A stretch of DNA of 44,410 nucleotides, counting the filler, from Sphacelaria rigidula (taxonomy: Eukaryota): NCBI GenBank assembly GCA_964200075.2. It is 2 parts of 2 records of this genome, joined end to end, with 100 filler letters (N's around TTAATTAATTAA, not from the genome) between each part and the next. Parts side by side here need not be neighbours in the genome. Positions count along the whole stretch, not along the records: positions 1 to 22,168 come from CAXNAA020000349.1; 1 more part is not named here. The stretch is one strand, 5' to 3'. The first letter of the stretch is position 1, and each line of letters begins with the position of its first letter. Below are positions 1 to 13,188 of the stretch, one piece after another. The position numbers and the translations under genes were made by a program. The notes under the pieces are model-generated. The model was not told the DNA's origin, ran no database searches, and worked only from the letters and a program-made list of their open reading frames with translations.

Positions 1-94
1 AAGTCAACCCCCCCCCCACCAATATAACCAACCCCACCCCCCTACTTTTTCCAAAAAAAAAAAGCAAGCAAGCGGTCCCCCCCCCCCCCCCCCC

Positions 95-290
95 GTTAAC
101 CTGGTTGCCTAGTTTACGCAGTAAGTGACGTGTTTCACGGCGTCATTGCCAACCGACGCCAACCCCATAGGGGTCCCGTTCCTACAAAGCCAGGATGGAG
201 CACGCCGAGGTTTCGTCGGACGAGAAGGGGAAGGAGGGGGTATTCGAAGGCTTAGTTCAAATCATTCCCTGATGCCCGCCTGCGATTTCG
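95..290 (+). repeat. Dispersed repeat family A, copy 1
   Basis: Aligns by eye with 6468-6665 (TAACCTGGT..CTAG.TTACGCAG ... ACAAAGCC.GGA.GGAGCACGCCG). Confidence 0.8.
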
Positions 291-2090
291 GGTCAACATG
301 ACCGCCTTTTGCGATCTAAAACACACGTTGGAGATAGAGCTTGCGCAGTGATCCCTTCCCGACAACGTTTGTCGACGAAACCCGTTACCCAAATAGTATA
401 TGATATTCTGGATTTTTTTGCGGGTTTCATATCAAGGTAGTTAGGTGCACCTGCCCTCATGATTCTTGCCAAAAAAATCCATTTGGTGCTGCACACAACT
501 GGCCTCTGTTCTGTCTGTTGTCCACTCGCTTCCATGCTTACTGTGCGCACTGAACAGTCAGTGCCCCTGTCTGCAGCGCGGGGGCGTCGCATGCATGTAT
601 ACCGTACATATATACCGCCGCCGTCTACACATGCGTACATGTAGGATACAGCCGTGTGCTGCATCTGTGTGTACTGACTGCAACTTTAGCCGCGTCGTAC
701 ATTGTACGTCCGGTTACTGCACTCTACAATCCATGTGCTGTCTGTGCTGTGCTGTGTGCAACTGTACTCCGTATGTACAACTACATATACAGCTAGCTGC
801 AGCGTGCTTGGCGAGAGAAACGTATACTGCTACTTCATCGCATTCCCCCGTGTTTGACGAACTCCATCTCTCCGAAAGCAATCGACTTTTCTCGTCGGGA
901 TGGGCGAGATTGGTGGAATAAACACATCTCTGGACAAATCCCGACATCTCGGTTAACGTTTTTTTCAGAGAAGAGCTAAGAAGAAGTGGTGTCTGGAAAC
1001 AATCTCTGAAAACCAACAACCCGAACGTTTTCCAGAGCCGACGTTTCCGGAGAGTATCAAGCGGTCTCATGGGTTTCAGTGCCACTAAGACTGACGCGAA
1101 TTTTGTGCACGCAACGGAAAAAGTGCACGACACTTCTAGGCACACCAAAATGCATGACCCGACCCTTCTGTGTAACGGTGCTTCTAAAAGTAAAGTTAGA
1201 TGAGGGAAACCACGTCTACAATGCAGCAGTCGTCGGTGCCTTGAAGGATCGAACGATGGTGCCGCAGATACGGTTAGTATATAGAACGCGCTGGCTTGGC
1301 GTACGGACAACACGTAGCACGTGGTGCAATATTGTCTTCAAGGCATCCTCGGGTTTATCCAACACACGACTACATGTATCGATCGAACTGATTTTCGTCT
1401 TCAAGAAATTTTTCAGAGTAGAGGTCGGCCAGGGTTTGGTAATAAAACACGTGTTATGTGGGATGAGTAAGAGGTTGGGGAACCTGAACCGCAGGAACAC
1501 GCACCGAAGTTGATGATCGCTCTCGATTTTTTTGTTTTGGTGTGTGTGTAGACGAGACGTCCGCGTTCGATAAATCGAAACAAAACAAGGCATGTACGAG
1601 CAAACAGTAGTACGCTAAATAGACGATGCGTCCGCAATTGGCCTCTTCCTGAGAACAAAACTATACAAGTGTGGAGACCAAATATGTAAGAGTGTAATGA
1701 ACCCCAAAACACGCATGTAAGCCGGAGAAACAGTCTCAGGAACGGGGTCCGCCAGTGACCTACATGAATGGACTCGAAACGTTCGAAAGAGTGAAACTGG
1801 ATCTTTAGCAACCTAGGCAACGGGGTCTCCGGTAGAAAGAGCTTGGAGTAACAGAGCCATCGCATGAACCCTGGTTGAACGGAAGCGTAGCTCACTCAAG
1901 CACTATTCGTGTCACGTCTAAATCGTTCCGGTTTACCATCGCTTTGTTTGTCGTGTCACCGAACCGTCAAGATAATAATGAAAACAAATCGCAAGAAAAC
2001 ATTTTCGGCAGCATCCATTATGAGGGTTTGCTTGCGCCACGGTGATAACCTTGTAGGCATCATCGACGGACGGCATACGGGTTTGTTCAC

Positions 2091-2306
2091 CTGCGCCATG
2101 CCCAGCGAGTTCTTGTCGAAGACAAAGCTGTGCGGCATTCCTTCTCTGTTCACGATGTGGAAGGTCTCCTTCAACGCAGCGCCCAGCATGAGCGCTCCGT
2201 AATCCACGCGTGTGCGATCCATGGAAATGTCGGGCTCCACAACACCACCGGCGAACAGAAACAGTTCGTTCACGCCGTGCTCAGGAATTTTGAAGCGAAA
2301 GAACGC
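2091..2306 (-). CDS. HYDIN: HYDIN exon, last visible (AFFRFKIPEHGVNELFLFAGGVVEPDISMDRTRVDYGALMLGAALKETFHIVNREGMPHSFVFDKNSLGMAQ)
   Basis: taccAG / GTGAAC; 216 nt, phase 0 to 0; the gene continues off the left edge of the window. Confidence 0.9.
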
Positions 2307-5300
2307 CTGGTAGATGGGTGGGTGAGTAGGGAAGAAAAAGAGCAAAGAGGGCCTCGTTTGGCGTAGGAGATAATCTTCTTGATTCATTAGCTGGTTGATC
2401 AATTGGTTGATATCAGCTGCGTAATATGCGATGGTCCGTCACGGACTCACTCGTGGTAAGAAGGTAGATGTACGTACCCGAGATGAACACGCACGGAAAA
2501 TCTCGCGAAGGAAAACACGAGGAAACGGACAGAAAAACAAGTGAAAATAACCACAACAACTGACACAGATACTACTCTAAGAACTACGAACAGCCTCGGT
2601 GGAAACTTCGATAGGTTCCACCCTCGATGGGCCCTTGTCAGGGCTTTACGTAATCTGTGGCGCAAGACGCTAGGCTGTGGGAACCGGACACGAATAAGTT
2701 TATCCGGAGACCACACTACAGGTAGAAACTCTCGACCACCAACTATGCCGACGGGAGACACAAGTACTTACGCGGTACACGAAAACGTGGATTCAAGCCA
2801 TTCGTTTTATGAAAAAAATAATGAAACTAGAAATGAACTGACAATCCGAAATTCGAGGAAGGATCGAAATATTAAAACTTGAAAAATTAAAAATATTTCG
2901 GACCTGTTTTTGTTTTTTTTCCTAGAACGTTGAGATTCAAGAAAGACAAAAACAATGAACATTGAAAAGCAATGGAGCACGTGTTGAAACTGACGTTTGA
3001 ACGCGGGTTTTCGATGGCACTTGGATGTACGGCTAACCCGTCACCCTCCGGCCCCATTTGCGAATGGTAGAAGCATGGTTCTAGTGTTGGATATGATCTA
3101 TTCCGGAAGACGGCAGACTTGGTACTACGGCATTTGAGAGCCATGAAGATCGAAGAATAAATATGACAGTGACGGGCCACTATACATGTGGATACACCAA
3201 AGGGATAGGGCGATCTGCGCCAGGCCTGACGTGTTCATTCTCCACGACCGGCCCAAACCCGCGTGAGCAAGAAACAGCTATCCCCTGCGCGAACGCAACC
3301 CAACACTGCTCCAACGGAGAACTGACTCTACCCCGCGCAACGTCAACATGACGCAACCAAAAGCTGAGCAAAACAGGTGAATAACAAACACCACCTCCAC
3401 CACCAACAACAACAACAACTACTACTACTACTGCTACTACTACTGCTACTACTACTGCTGCTGCTACTACTACTACCACCACTACAAGATCGAAGGGAGA
3501 ATACAAGCAAAAACGACAACGTGGTTCCAAAACCAGCAGAAAATTAGGAGCACGGAGCCAGGTGCGCCCACATACCTCCGCTGTTTCCATGTCGTCCGGC
3601 GTGAACTCGAAGACCATCTCCCCCCTCTTCCCTGCGAGGATCATGCCCCGCTGAGTCACGCAACGCCAAGCGGGATGAGGGTTGCCCTGGCTCTCCCAGC
3701 TAAAGTCATACCCAATGTTTGTGGGATTTACGACATAAAACCTGGAGGTTTGACAGTTGGAGTTTGTTCAAACGGTTCCAATCGCTGTTGCTGTCGAAGC
3801 TGTACAATACCGGCGCTGGGGAGATTTTTGCCTTGCGCCATGACAAACATAGGCGAGTTCATCCAACGACTTGCAGTAGGGGCTATCAGAGTTTGATACT
3901 GCAATTGTCGCAAGAGTAGCGGTATTTGCCCAAACTCTACACGATTTGTCGTCAAAAATGGGAAATTTTGTGGTGATTGATGTTCGTTTGCTCACGGCTG
4001 GGGTCGGGGTTGCCGTTACGTCATACATTACAGGGGGATCGAGTGGAAGGATGTTGCGGTAAAGCAGTAAATGGAGCTGCGGAAATGTTGTACATCATGA
4101 TTCAACGTCGCACAATGATACATCAGATTTCGTCCAGTAGATTCCTCTGAATGAACAGGTGGTCCTCTATTATCCTGCAAGACAAGGCGCCTATCGCTCG
4201 AGGACGATAAATCTTTCTCAGGTGCAGCGCAGCCGAGGGAAATATCGCGCAGATGAACGGAGTATACGCGGACGAAGACATCACCGTAGCGTGATATCTG
4301 ATGACACACATCGTGAGATGACGCCGGTTCCGTGCCAGAAAAAGGAAACAAGAGGGAGCGACAAAGAGAAAGACAGAGAGGGAGATGGAGACGGCGGGGG
4401 AAGGAGGGGGGGCAAGAGATAAAAAAACAAGAAAAAAACAAGCCAAGATGTGGTATGGGTAACCAAAATAACTTCAGCCCCGCGCCCGCATGACGTTCCA
4501 TGAGGACACCACACAAAAGCATAGCGGAACAGAGCGAAGCAAAGCGAAGCAGAAAGGGCAGGGCCGTGGAAACAGGCTGCTAGTAAGCCTTCTGGGGACC
4601 CCACTATTTCGGCAAGAACCCTTATCCACGAGTTCTGCAGGAGATGGACACAAGAATTAACACGGCTTTGAAACCATATGAACAAGGCAAACGAAATAAA
4701 AACAAATGAAAGCAAAAGAAAAAGAAAGAGGAAAAACCTAACGAGACAAGAAGAAAAAGAAGAAGAGATGAAATAAGTCAAACCGAAACAAACCAAAAGG
4801 AGGAGAAGGGGAGAAAGAATACGGCGGGGAAAAAGTAAGTGAGAGAGAGAGGAATTGAGAGAGAAATAAGGAAGTCCGAGACGAAGTGAAACATGCGCAG
4901 GAACACAGCTAGGGAACGCCAGTAAAGCTGTAAGGCACGGAAGGACGTCAACACCGCTAGGACAAGACAGGGGTACATCACTTTCCGCGCTACCCTGGCC
5001 ATTCCCCGCTAATTCATAGTCACGGGCTAAGCAGGACTTTCTCCGGACCATTTCTGGCATGGATTCCTCACGGGTCCTGGTGCAGCTTTTTCGCTAGAAG
5101 TGGCATCTCTTTTGGTAGCGGATTTTAGCGTAACAAACTTCTAGTTTTGTAACGTAGATCGGACTGACGTAGGCCCCCGCATCGCCCAGCCTCCTCCACT
5201 TCCTTCGCCCCCCTTTCGACAGCCGAGCAGCGTACCGAACTTCTGACGGGGACGTGTTTTCCGTGCCTCACTCATTTTTTTTGTCTCCCGCTTTTGTTCA

Positions 5301-8300
5301 CGGTGGTTGTGTGTACGTGTACTCCGTATGTCGATAGGCATTCATGCCCGTTACAACTCGTCGTCGCGGGCGCTACCGGGCGGTCTACGGTATCGCCGCT
5401 GCTCCTCTATTATTTTCTTCTTTTTCTTCTTTTTCTTCTTTCTTATCTCTTCTTCTTTTTCTTCTTTTCAAATTTGATCGATTTTTTTTGTTGTTCTTGC
5501 TATCTCATTCTCAGTTGCTTTACTTGCTTCTTTCGCCATTGCGTGTTCATGTCTTGTACCATCTCCCCTTGTTTCATTTCACCATACCTTCTCGTGTTTC
5601 GTACGTGAGTGCCCCGACTGATGACCTCAAGAACCCTCACCGAAGCCGACTCGATCGCCAAACCTTGCTGGCCCAACTCGTTCGCCAGCAAATGGCTCTG
5701 ACGCCTTTGCAGGTAGTCCGGAGACTCCTGGAGAGCAAAATGGCACACTGGACGGAGGGACCTGCCCCGCAGCAGGAGTGACAGTGGTTCCTGCAGAAGT
5801 AATGTAGTGGGCAGACGGGAGCAACGAAATTGTGTGTTGAGAAAATGGACGTTTATGTGAGCAATATGCGTTCGACGTGGTCGATTCGTCCCAGTGGTGT
5901 AATGGTACAACAAAAAACACTTGGATGGAAACACGCGGGATCGATTCCCGCCAGATGTGCTTGGGTATCTTCTTCGAAGAATCTAATTCCCGCCGTGTGA
6001 ACGGGTGAGGGGGTGGGGAGGGGGAGGGGGATGTACTCATGAACGTGATCATGCATGCCATAGTCGTCAGACCATTGGCCTCGAATCCCCACAAAGCCGG
6101 GACGGAGCACGCCGGGGTTTCGCCGGACCAGGCTCGCACTCAATCACCAAGCGCGAAGCGCCGTGATGTCTTCGGCGAGACGTATGAAGGGCGTGCAGCA
6201 TCCTGTTAGGGCTGTTCGGTCCGGCGCCGACTGATTTCTTGCATTTGGATGACAGCCTCCAATGGGTTGCTTCATTTTCTGGTATCGCCACTTCCCGAGA
6301 CAGCCACGGCCTTTACACTGCCTCATGGGTGTCTCACTATTTAAACACTAGGCAGCAAGATCATCCCCATTGTGCGGAGTTGAGGTCCTCCCACCCCGCA
6401 CAAAATGATCTAGCATCGACTACCATCATGGTTACCGCAGATAAAAACTCAAGCGCGCAAAAAACAACCGGTAACCTGGTAGACTAGCTTACGCAGGGAG
6501 TGGCGTGTTTTACAGCGTCATCGCGAACCGACACCAACCCCATCGGGGGTCCGCCCCAACAAAGCCTGGACGGAGCACGCCGGGTTCTCGCCGGACCAGG
6601 CTGAGGGAATGGGACGGGGGGGGAGGAGTATTCATTTGTTGCTTGCCTTAGTCGTTTGACCATTGACCACGCATCCCTTCCAACACGGAGCACCGTGAGC
6701 GCGCGAAGGGGTGATAAAAAAAAAGAGTTTCTTTGTGCTTATTAGAAGAGAGCCGGTGCGGTGCGGGAGTGTTGATCCAATCCTCGGTACCAAAATGCAA
6801 GCTGCGCTCCGGGGTAGATATGAGCTGATCCGTTGAGGCCATGGACTCGTCCCGATGAACGGAAAGGGTTAAAAGTGTGACGTGGAATCAAATAAGCACA
6901 GACAAACCCCGCTGACTAGCGCTAGATGGAATCAGAATTGTCAGAGAACTCTCAAATGGTGGTATCTGCACCAACGCATGAAGGCGACGCAGACACTCCA
7001 CACACACTGTGGGACGTATCACACGACACAGCGCAACAACGCCGATGATCGAATTCAATTATATGTGGTAAGCACTGAGTATGGCAGGTTGGAATGAGGG
7101 GCTACCACGATACTCTGGAGTAAGCAAGAAAAGAGTCGACGTGTTTGTTTGTTTTTTCCGATATAAAAGAATGCCCAAGCCCTTTGCTTGTTTCGCATTG
7201 CAGTCGTTATGTACCTATTCCACGAGGCATCCGAAATCGAGAACGGAAAATCACATGTGAAGACAGACAGCATTATCTGCGCCTGACTGTATTTTGCTGA
7301 TACGACAGAGACGTTCCGGGACGAATGGGCGAGTGGGACTGTATTACGACCGCAGCCAGCGCGGCTACATTCTACTTCAGCGAAGCGCCGACATTCAGGT
7401 ATTCGAGTAGAAATACCAGAAAACCTGGTACACGCTTGGCATGTTGCGATGCCACTCGAAACCTTGAATATTGGTCTTACAACAACTTACTTAACCGAGT
7501 TTTGTGTTGAAATATTCCGTATTTAATAAAGTTTTGCGAGGATGGTGCAGTATCGTATCATGCGCGTCGAACTGTTCATTCCTAAGTGCGCCGTAGTATT
7601 TTTTTGGTTAGTATAGCAACTATAAAGGTCAATAAGCAAGCCCGGTTGGCGTCGCTCCGTCTGCCTGGCGAGGTAAACGACACATCGCTCACCTGGTTGG
7701 CAGGGAGTGTCGACATCTTGGCCGACAGCGCGTACAAGAAATCATCCACCTGCAGTGCGGTCATCCATTCCAATTATCGCGTGCGTCATTACCAATTGTG
7801 CGGCACACGTCATCTTGGTACGTGAAAGAGTTCTCGGTTTACCACGGCAAACAAAACAGCGATGACAACTGTGGCATCGTGGGCCGGGCTTCCCGCGGTA
7901 TATGAACGACATATTTGTGCTACATGGATTAGTGCAACATCTGGTGTGTGGAACGGGATCAACTTTGGGCAAAAACAAATCGAAGCCGGATGGGGTTGAG
8001 TCATGCTACGATAGGGGACGGGGTGGGGAGGGGAGTTTGATTCCACAAAAAAGGGAGCTCATAGGTGTGTCAGACTATTTAGTACACTTGCGGTGCACTT
8101 GTATCCCGAGAAAAAAGTTGTCAAGCAGTATCAAAGAGGGTTATTTATCGGCAACAAACGCGCTCGAACAACTGTTGCTGCTTTCAACGCTTATTTGAAG
8201 TGGAAGAAGTGGAAGAAGTGCCCCCCCTCTATCGTAGCATGACTCGGCTAAGGACCACTTCCTTCCACGCACTGTCTCTGGCACCACTTCAATACCCAAG

Positions 8301-9834
8301 TTTGGCAGGTTCGGGATCGCTTCGTCAAAAGAGTGGTAAAAACAAGTAATAAGGTAGGTTGAGTCGCGGCCCCACGGCCGCCATGGTATATTTTCTGCAT
8401 TAATGTACACTGCAGGAGAGTACACCAATGCAGGAGCACTTTGTCAGGGTGACGAGATGCTGCGTATTTACTAACAGCGTGCTTGCAGAGAAGAAATGTT
8501 CGGCGGATTAAATATCCCTGCTTCGGTTCGTGTTGCACAAGCTCTTACCTCCTGCGGAGCAAACCGTACGGTAAACGTCTGCTCTGTCCCTGCCTCGATC
8601 TCGCCCGAATATGGTTCCACCGAAAAAGGGCACAACATATCTTTTCCTGCTGATGCTGCAAGATGGTTGGTGCCGTCCCCATCGCCACCACCTCGCACAT
8701 CTCTCCAAGAGATGAATGGGCGACTAGTCAGCAGTTGGCTGGAGGGGCGCCCGCCCATGCCGCGATGATTGGTCAACACCCAATGGTACGGTATTCGGGT
8801 GGTACCCGGGTTCCTGTACGTAATGAGTTTGAGGCATTTTCGTGGATGACGTGAATCAGGAAAACCTCTCGCACTATAGACAGGATTGATCGTCCGTCTC
8901 CCCGAGGACGGGCCGTTAATATTCCAACACCGAAGTCAGGGGGAATTTGAATGATCCGAAGAACACTTTGCATACCACGCAACCATCTGAAACAGTTGCC
9001 GCGGCCGCATCTAGAGGTAATAATACCTGACACTTTTATAGGCATGGACCCGTCGTAGAATTGGTGGTGGAAGAGGCGATGGTGATTCTGAGTTTAAGAA
9101 CCACAATTGTTCCTGTTTTGCGGTATCCATACGTTTTCAAATATATATTTCATTCCTCACACTTATAGCCCACTCCTTTCCTCGAAACGAGTCCGCAATT
9201 ATGGGGAATCAGCTCATCTCTTCCTTGATATCTGCCTGACACTCTTGTATCGCGGATTTGATCAGAACTTGCGTAACGCCGTCGACGCTCGTCCAATATA
9301 TTTCGCTGATCATGACCTCACGTTTCCAACAACGGAAGCACGATTCTTCTCAAACAAACCACGAATGCGTCGGAATTCGAACCCTAAGCTTCCTATCGTA
9401 ACCGTTCAAAAGATTAATAAGGTAAACCAACAGGGCCCGTCGGCTAATGATGAGGTATCATGCCATTCAATTGCACCTCGAGGGTCTAACTGGTAAACCT
9501 TGACTCCGGTTAGGGCAGAGTTGAAGATGCGGGTCCTGGTAGATACGAATTCTTCTTTTTTTCTGAGGGGTATCTAATTTCTATCGTTCAAAACACGAGG
9601 TGAGTAGCAAAGAAGACTTGACGGGCGTCAACGCGGTGCGGTAGTGCTGATCTATATCCCATGATATCAAAATGCCAGACATGTATAGGCAAAGAGATGA
9701 GTTTAAGACCATCGACTCGTCCCGAGAAAGAGGGAGGATTGAAAGTATGATATAGAAGAGCCCACCAGTAGCGGTTGTCGTAGTACTAGAGGTGCTAGTA
9801 CTAGCTAGTACAAGCAGGAGCACTGCTTGCACTG

Positions 9835-9898
<64 letters not shown>

Positions 9899-12800
9899 AG
9901 AGGGTGACTACCTGACGGTGAAGGTATGACCCCTGCACTGAAACATGGCCGTGTTTTTGAAGGGTATCACATGACTTCCTTCGGCAACACCGTCCACAAT
10001 CTCGTAGCGCGCGCGATCGGCCACTCCGGAGCACCGAAGCGGCCTCTTGGACGATACAGTACCCTCCAGCGGTTCGTGCCTACAAAACACATGTAGTCAG
10101 AGCCTCTGCGTTTAGCTCTTACACACACCGCACACATGGATGATTGAACACACGGTAACACAATGGGGGCACTGAAAAGTGTAGCACATATGGTAACCCG
10201 GGTAAATGGACAACATATGCAATTTTAGTTGATATGCTGAGTGTACAGTGCCCTAGCAATTTTTTCGTGTATGTTGTACTACCTTAACATGCGCTTGGAT
10301 GCAGGTGAAGCGTTTTTTGGGGTGCTGTAGAATTTATTTCCGAAACGCGCACCGTCGTTGCGCCGGATGCAATTTGCTAATGCGTGATCTACGGCGATGA
10401 GGGTCGCAGTGCTATCACGCCTATACTGCTGAACCGTTCGTTCAGTGTGAATCTATATTTCTCTTTCATCAGATCATTGTAAAAGATCAATCACAAGGAG
10501 CTGAACCCACGGTCCGTTCCGTTTCGCAAAGATCCACAAGATGTTTTAACTCGCAAAGTCGGAATAGTCCCACGTAAAACATCTACCCAAGACAAGGATC
10601 GTCCGACTGCTTGACACTGTTGGAAATGCGAGTGAAGCGTAGGGTCGGTGGGTTCCCTATACATCCGCCGTATAACAACCGAGCTCTCATTATGTTGACG
10701 GGCCGAGTTTATCGTTTGTACTTTGACCAACATATGTATTTTTGTCATAGATGACTGACTTATTTCTTCATCGATCTTAATCATCACTGTTTCCCCCAGC
10801 TTATCGTCGGTTCGTATACACGGTTGAACGCGCAATGATACTGAAAGTACCAAGACGAACACCGTTCAGTGAGGGTCTGATGTCTCTCATAAGTATACTG
10901 TATTCAGGTTTCAAGGTTCATGGGTTATCCCTTCATCTTGTGAAACAATTCGGTACAGATCCTGAGCGCGTATCGCGTGGAAGATCAAACGGGCTTGACA
11001 CTAGTCATCGAATTGTAGAGTGCTAACCGTGGTTCAGGCTCTGCACACCGTAGGTGGCGTTCGCTCTCGACCCGTTAAATGTGATCTCGGCTGACACCAA
11101 ACATCAAGCCAAAGCTACTGTAGATTGCTTTTTGACGCACAAAACTTGATGGTATCCAAGCAACATATCGCTGTGTTCTTCGCAAATTTCTAGCTTCTGT
11201 CTCCGCCATGCTTTGATGCAGCTCTTCTTAGAATTGGGTGGATAACCCGACATGCCCGTGTTGAAAAGAAGCAAATATTGAAATTTGAAAACGTAAAATT
11301 GAAACGTACCGCGGCTCAGGTTGCACGCTGTAGACCATTTGCACACCCCCCTCTGAGAGCGGGCCCCTTCGTAGGGTGGGAGTAGGCGGTACGTCGATCA
11401 CCGGCTCCTTTCCCTTCTTCGCCTTCTTGCCCTGAAAATTGGATAAATTTGCAACCGAACGGCTTCGTAGAGTCTCCCCGTCAGAGTTAGGAGTGACCCT
11501 GCTAGTTCATATTGATATAATGCCTGGCAATCGCGATTATCCTTGACCCCGATTTAGCCCACGATCGAACGACTCTGCGGAAAAAATACCTGACCACCAT
11601 CGAGATAGCCCTTAACGCGCCCCATTGTGCTCACATTCGTGCGTCATGACCAATCGAATCGTATAACCAAGTACTAAAATGTATCTCAAAGGGGGGTTGG
11701 CTCAGGGTCGTACTATGTTTCCACGCGTATCCCGATAGCCGAGTTCATCTCGGAACCTACAAGGTGGAGCGTTGGGTTCGAGGAATATGCGTCACAACAC
11801 GTGACGTGATAGGGGTTGAATACACCTTCCCTGTCCACGCATCTGCAACTGCAGGAGGAAGCCTGCCCGATGTGGTTACCTGTGGTAAGGATGCGTAGGA
11901 TAGTAGCTGATAATCCCTTCACTTCGGTAAGAACAAACCATTCTACTTTCAGCGAATCATGTCCCTCCTTGCACGACCAACACCCAGTCGTGCGGTCTCT
12001 CATGACTCTCACTTCTTCGAGTACGGTAGCCATAGACTGCTTTCACACAAATAGCGACCTTAAGATAAGGGGAACAATTGGGTGTTCTATTCTCTCTGTA
12101 TTCTCCCTTAGATTGTGCTACAAGTAGCCTCCCTCCCCCCATCTTAACCGTAACTGTACAGTTGAACGGGCCTCTACCGTGATAGGTGACGGTACACACC
12201 GTGCCTGGGCGATACGGTTCTCAAGGATGATGTTCTCAAGTCGTATACGGTTTTCACACAAATGGCGACGCTAAGCTGCGGAATATAGCAGGGCGTTCGT
12301 TCTATTCTCCCTGTAGTCTCACTTGGATCGTGCTACCAGTAGCCTCCCTTCCCCCCGTAACGGTAACAGTCCAGTTGAATCAGCCTCTACCGTGATAGGT
12401 GATGGCGTACAGTATACCGCTCCCGGGTGATCGGGTTCTCAAAGCTGATGTTCACGAAAATTGTAAGGGCAATTACGCATACGTTACGTCGTCTGATAGA
12501 TGTCTTAGACATACTTTGGTGCGCCTGGGAGTGCTGTTCAGCGTCTTCTGTTTCACAAAAGTTGAGATTGAAAACAATTATCGCCCTACATACGTTTTAC
12601 GGTTGGCTTCCACCTCCTTACCACCTTCTCCGGTATGACGGGTCCCTTTGCCGCTGCCTCCTGCTGGAGCAAAGCCGCCATATCCTCCTCGGTGGCTTCC
12701 CTCAGCTGAGTCTTTGAATCGTCCCACTCTACATCTATGTTGCGGAGGGATACCCTGCGCTCTTTTTGTTCTTGCGTTTCGATTGATACTTGATCTCCTT

Positions 12801-13126
12801 CATCGGGCTGCCGTATGTACCTTGATAATCATATGTTTTGTCAGTGAGCATCCGGTGCATGTGTTGGCTGGGTAGGTATGAGTGCGTCTCAAGAGCTCCT
12901 GTAGGATGAACGTAGCTGGCACCCTTATTCTCGACATAAAAGATGCGAATGCTTGTTTGCTCAAGAACCTTTGCCAGTCTGTGCCAACTCTTCGTAGTGT
13001 TGTGTTAGGGTTAGGGTTAGAGTTCCGAAACACTAACCCTAACCCTAACCCTAACCCTAGCCCTAACCCTCGTGATTTTCTGATTTGTAGTTTCACGTAT
13101 TGGCGGTCTTTGTTTTGGTCACAAGC

Positions 13127-13188
<62 letters not shown>

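Noticed and set aside
1079..1895. Next HYDIN exon or transposase remnant
   Set aside because: I found no segment matching the expected downstream HYDIN motif and no catalytic transposase or reverse-transcriptase motif.
4281..5608. Hydrophobic membrane-protein-like ORFs (259 aa, 104 aa, 145 aa)
   Set aside because: The Phe/Leu/Ser richness comes from purine/pyrimidine-skewed low-complexity intronic sequence.
13005..13070. Chromosome end-to-end fusion scar
   Set aside because: It lies inside an uninterrupted HYDIN gene and the arrays are very short.
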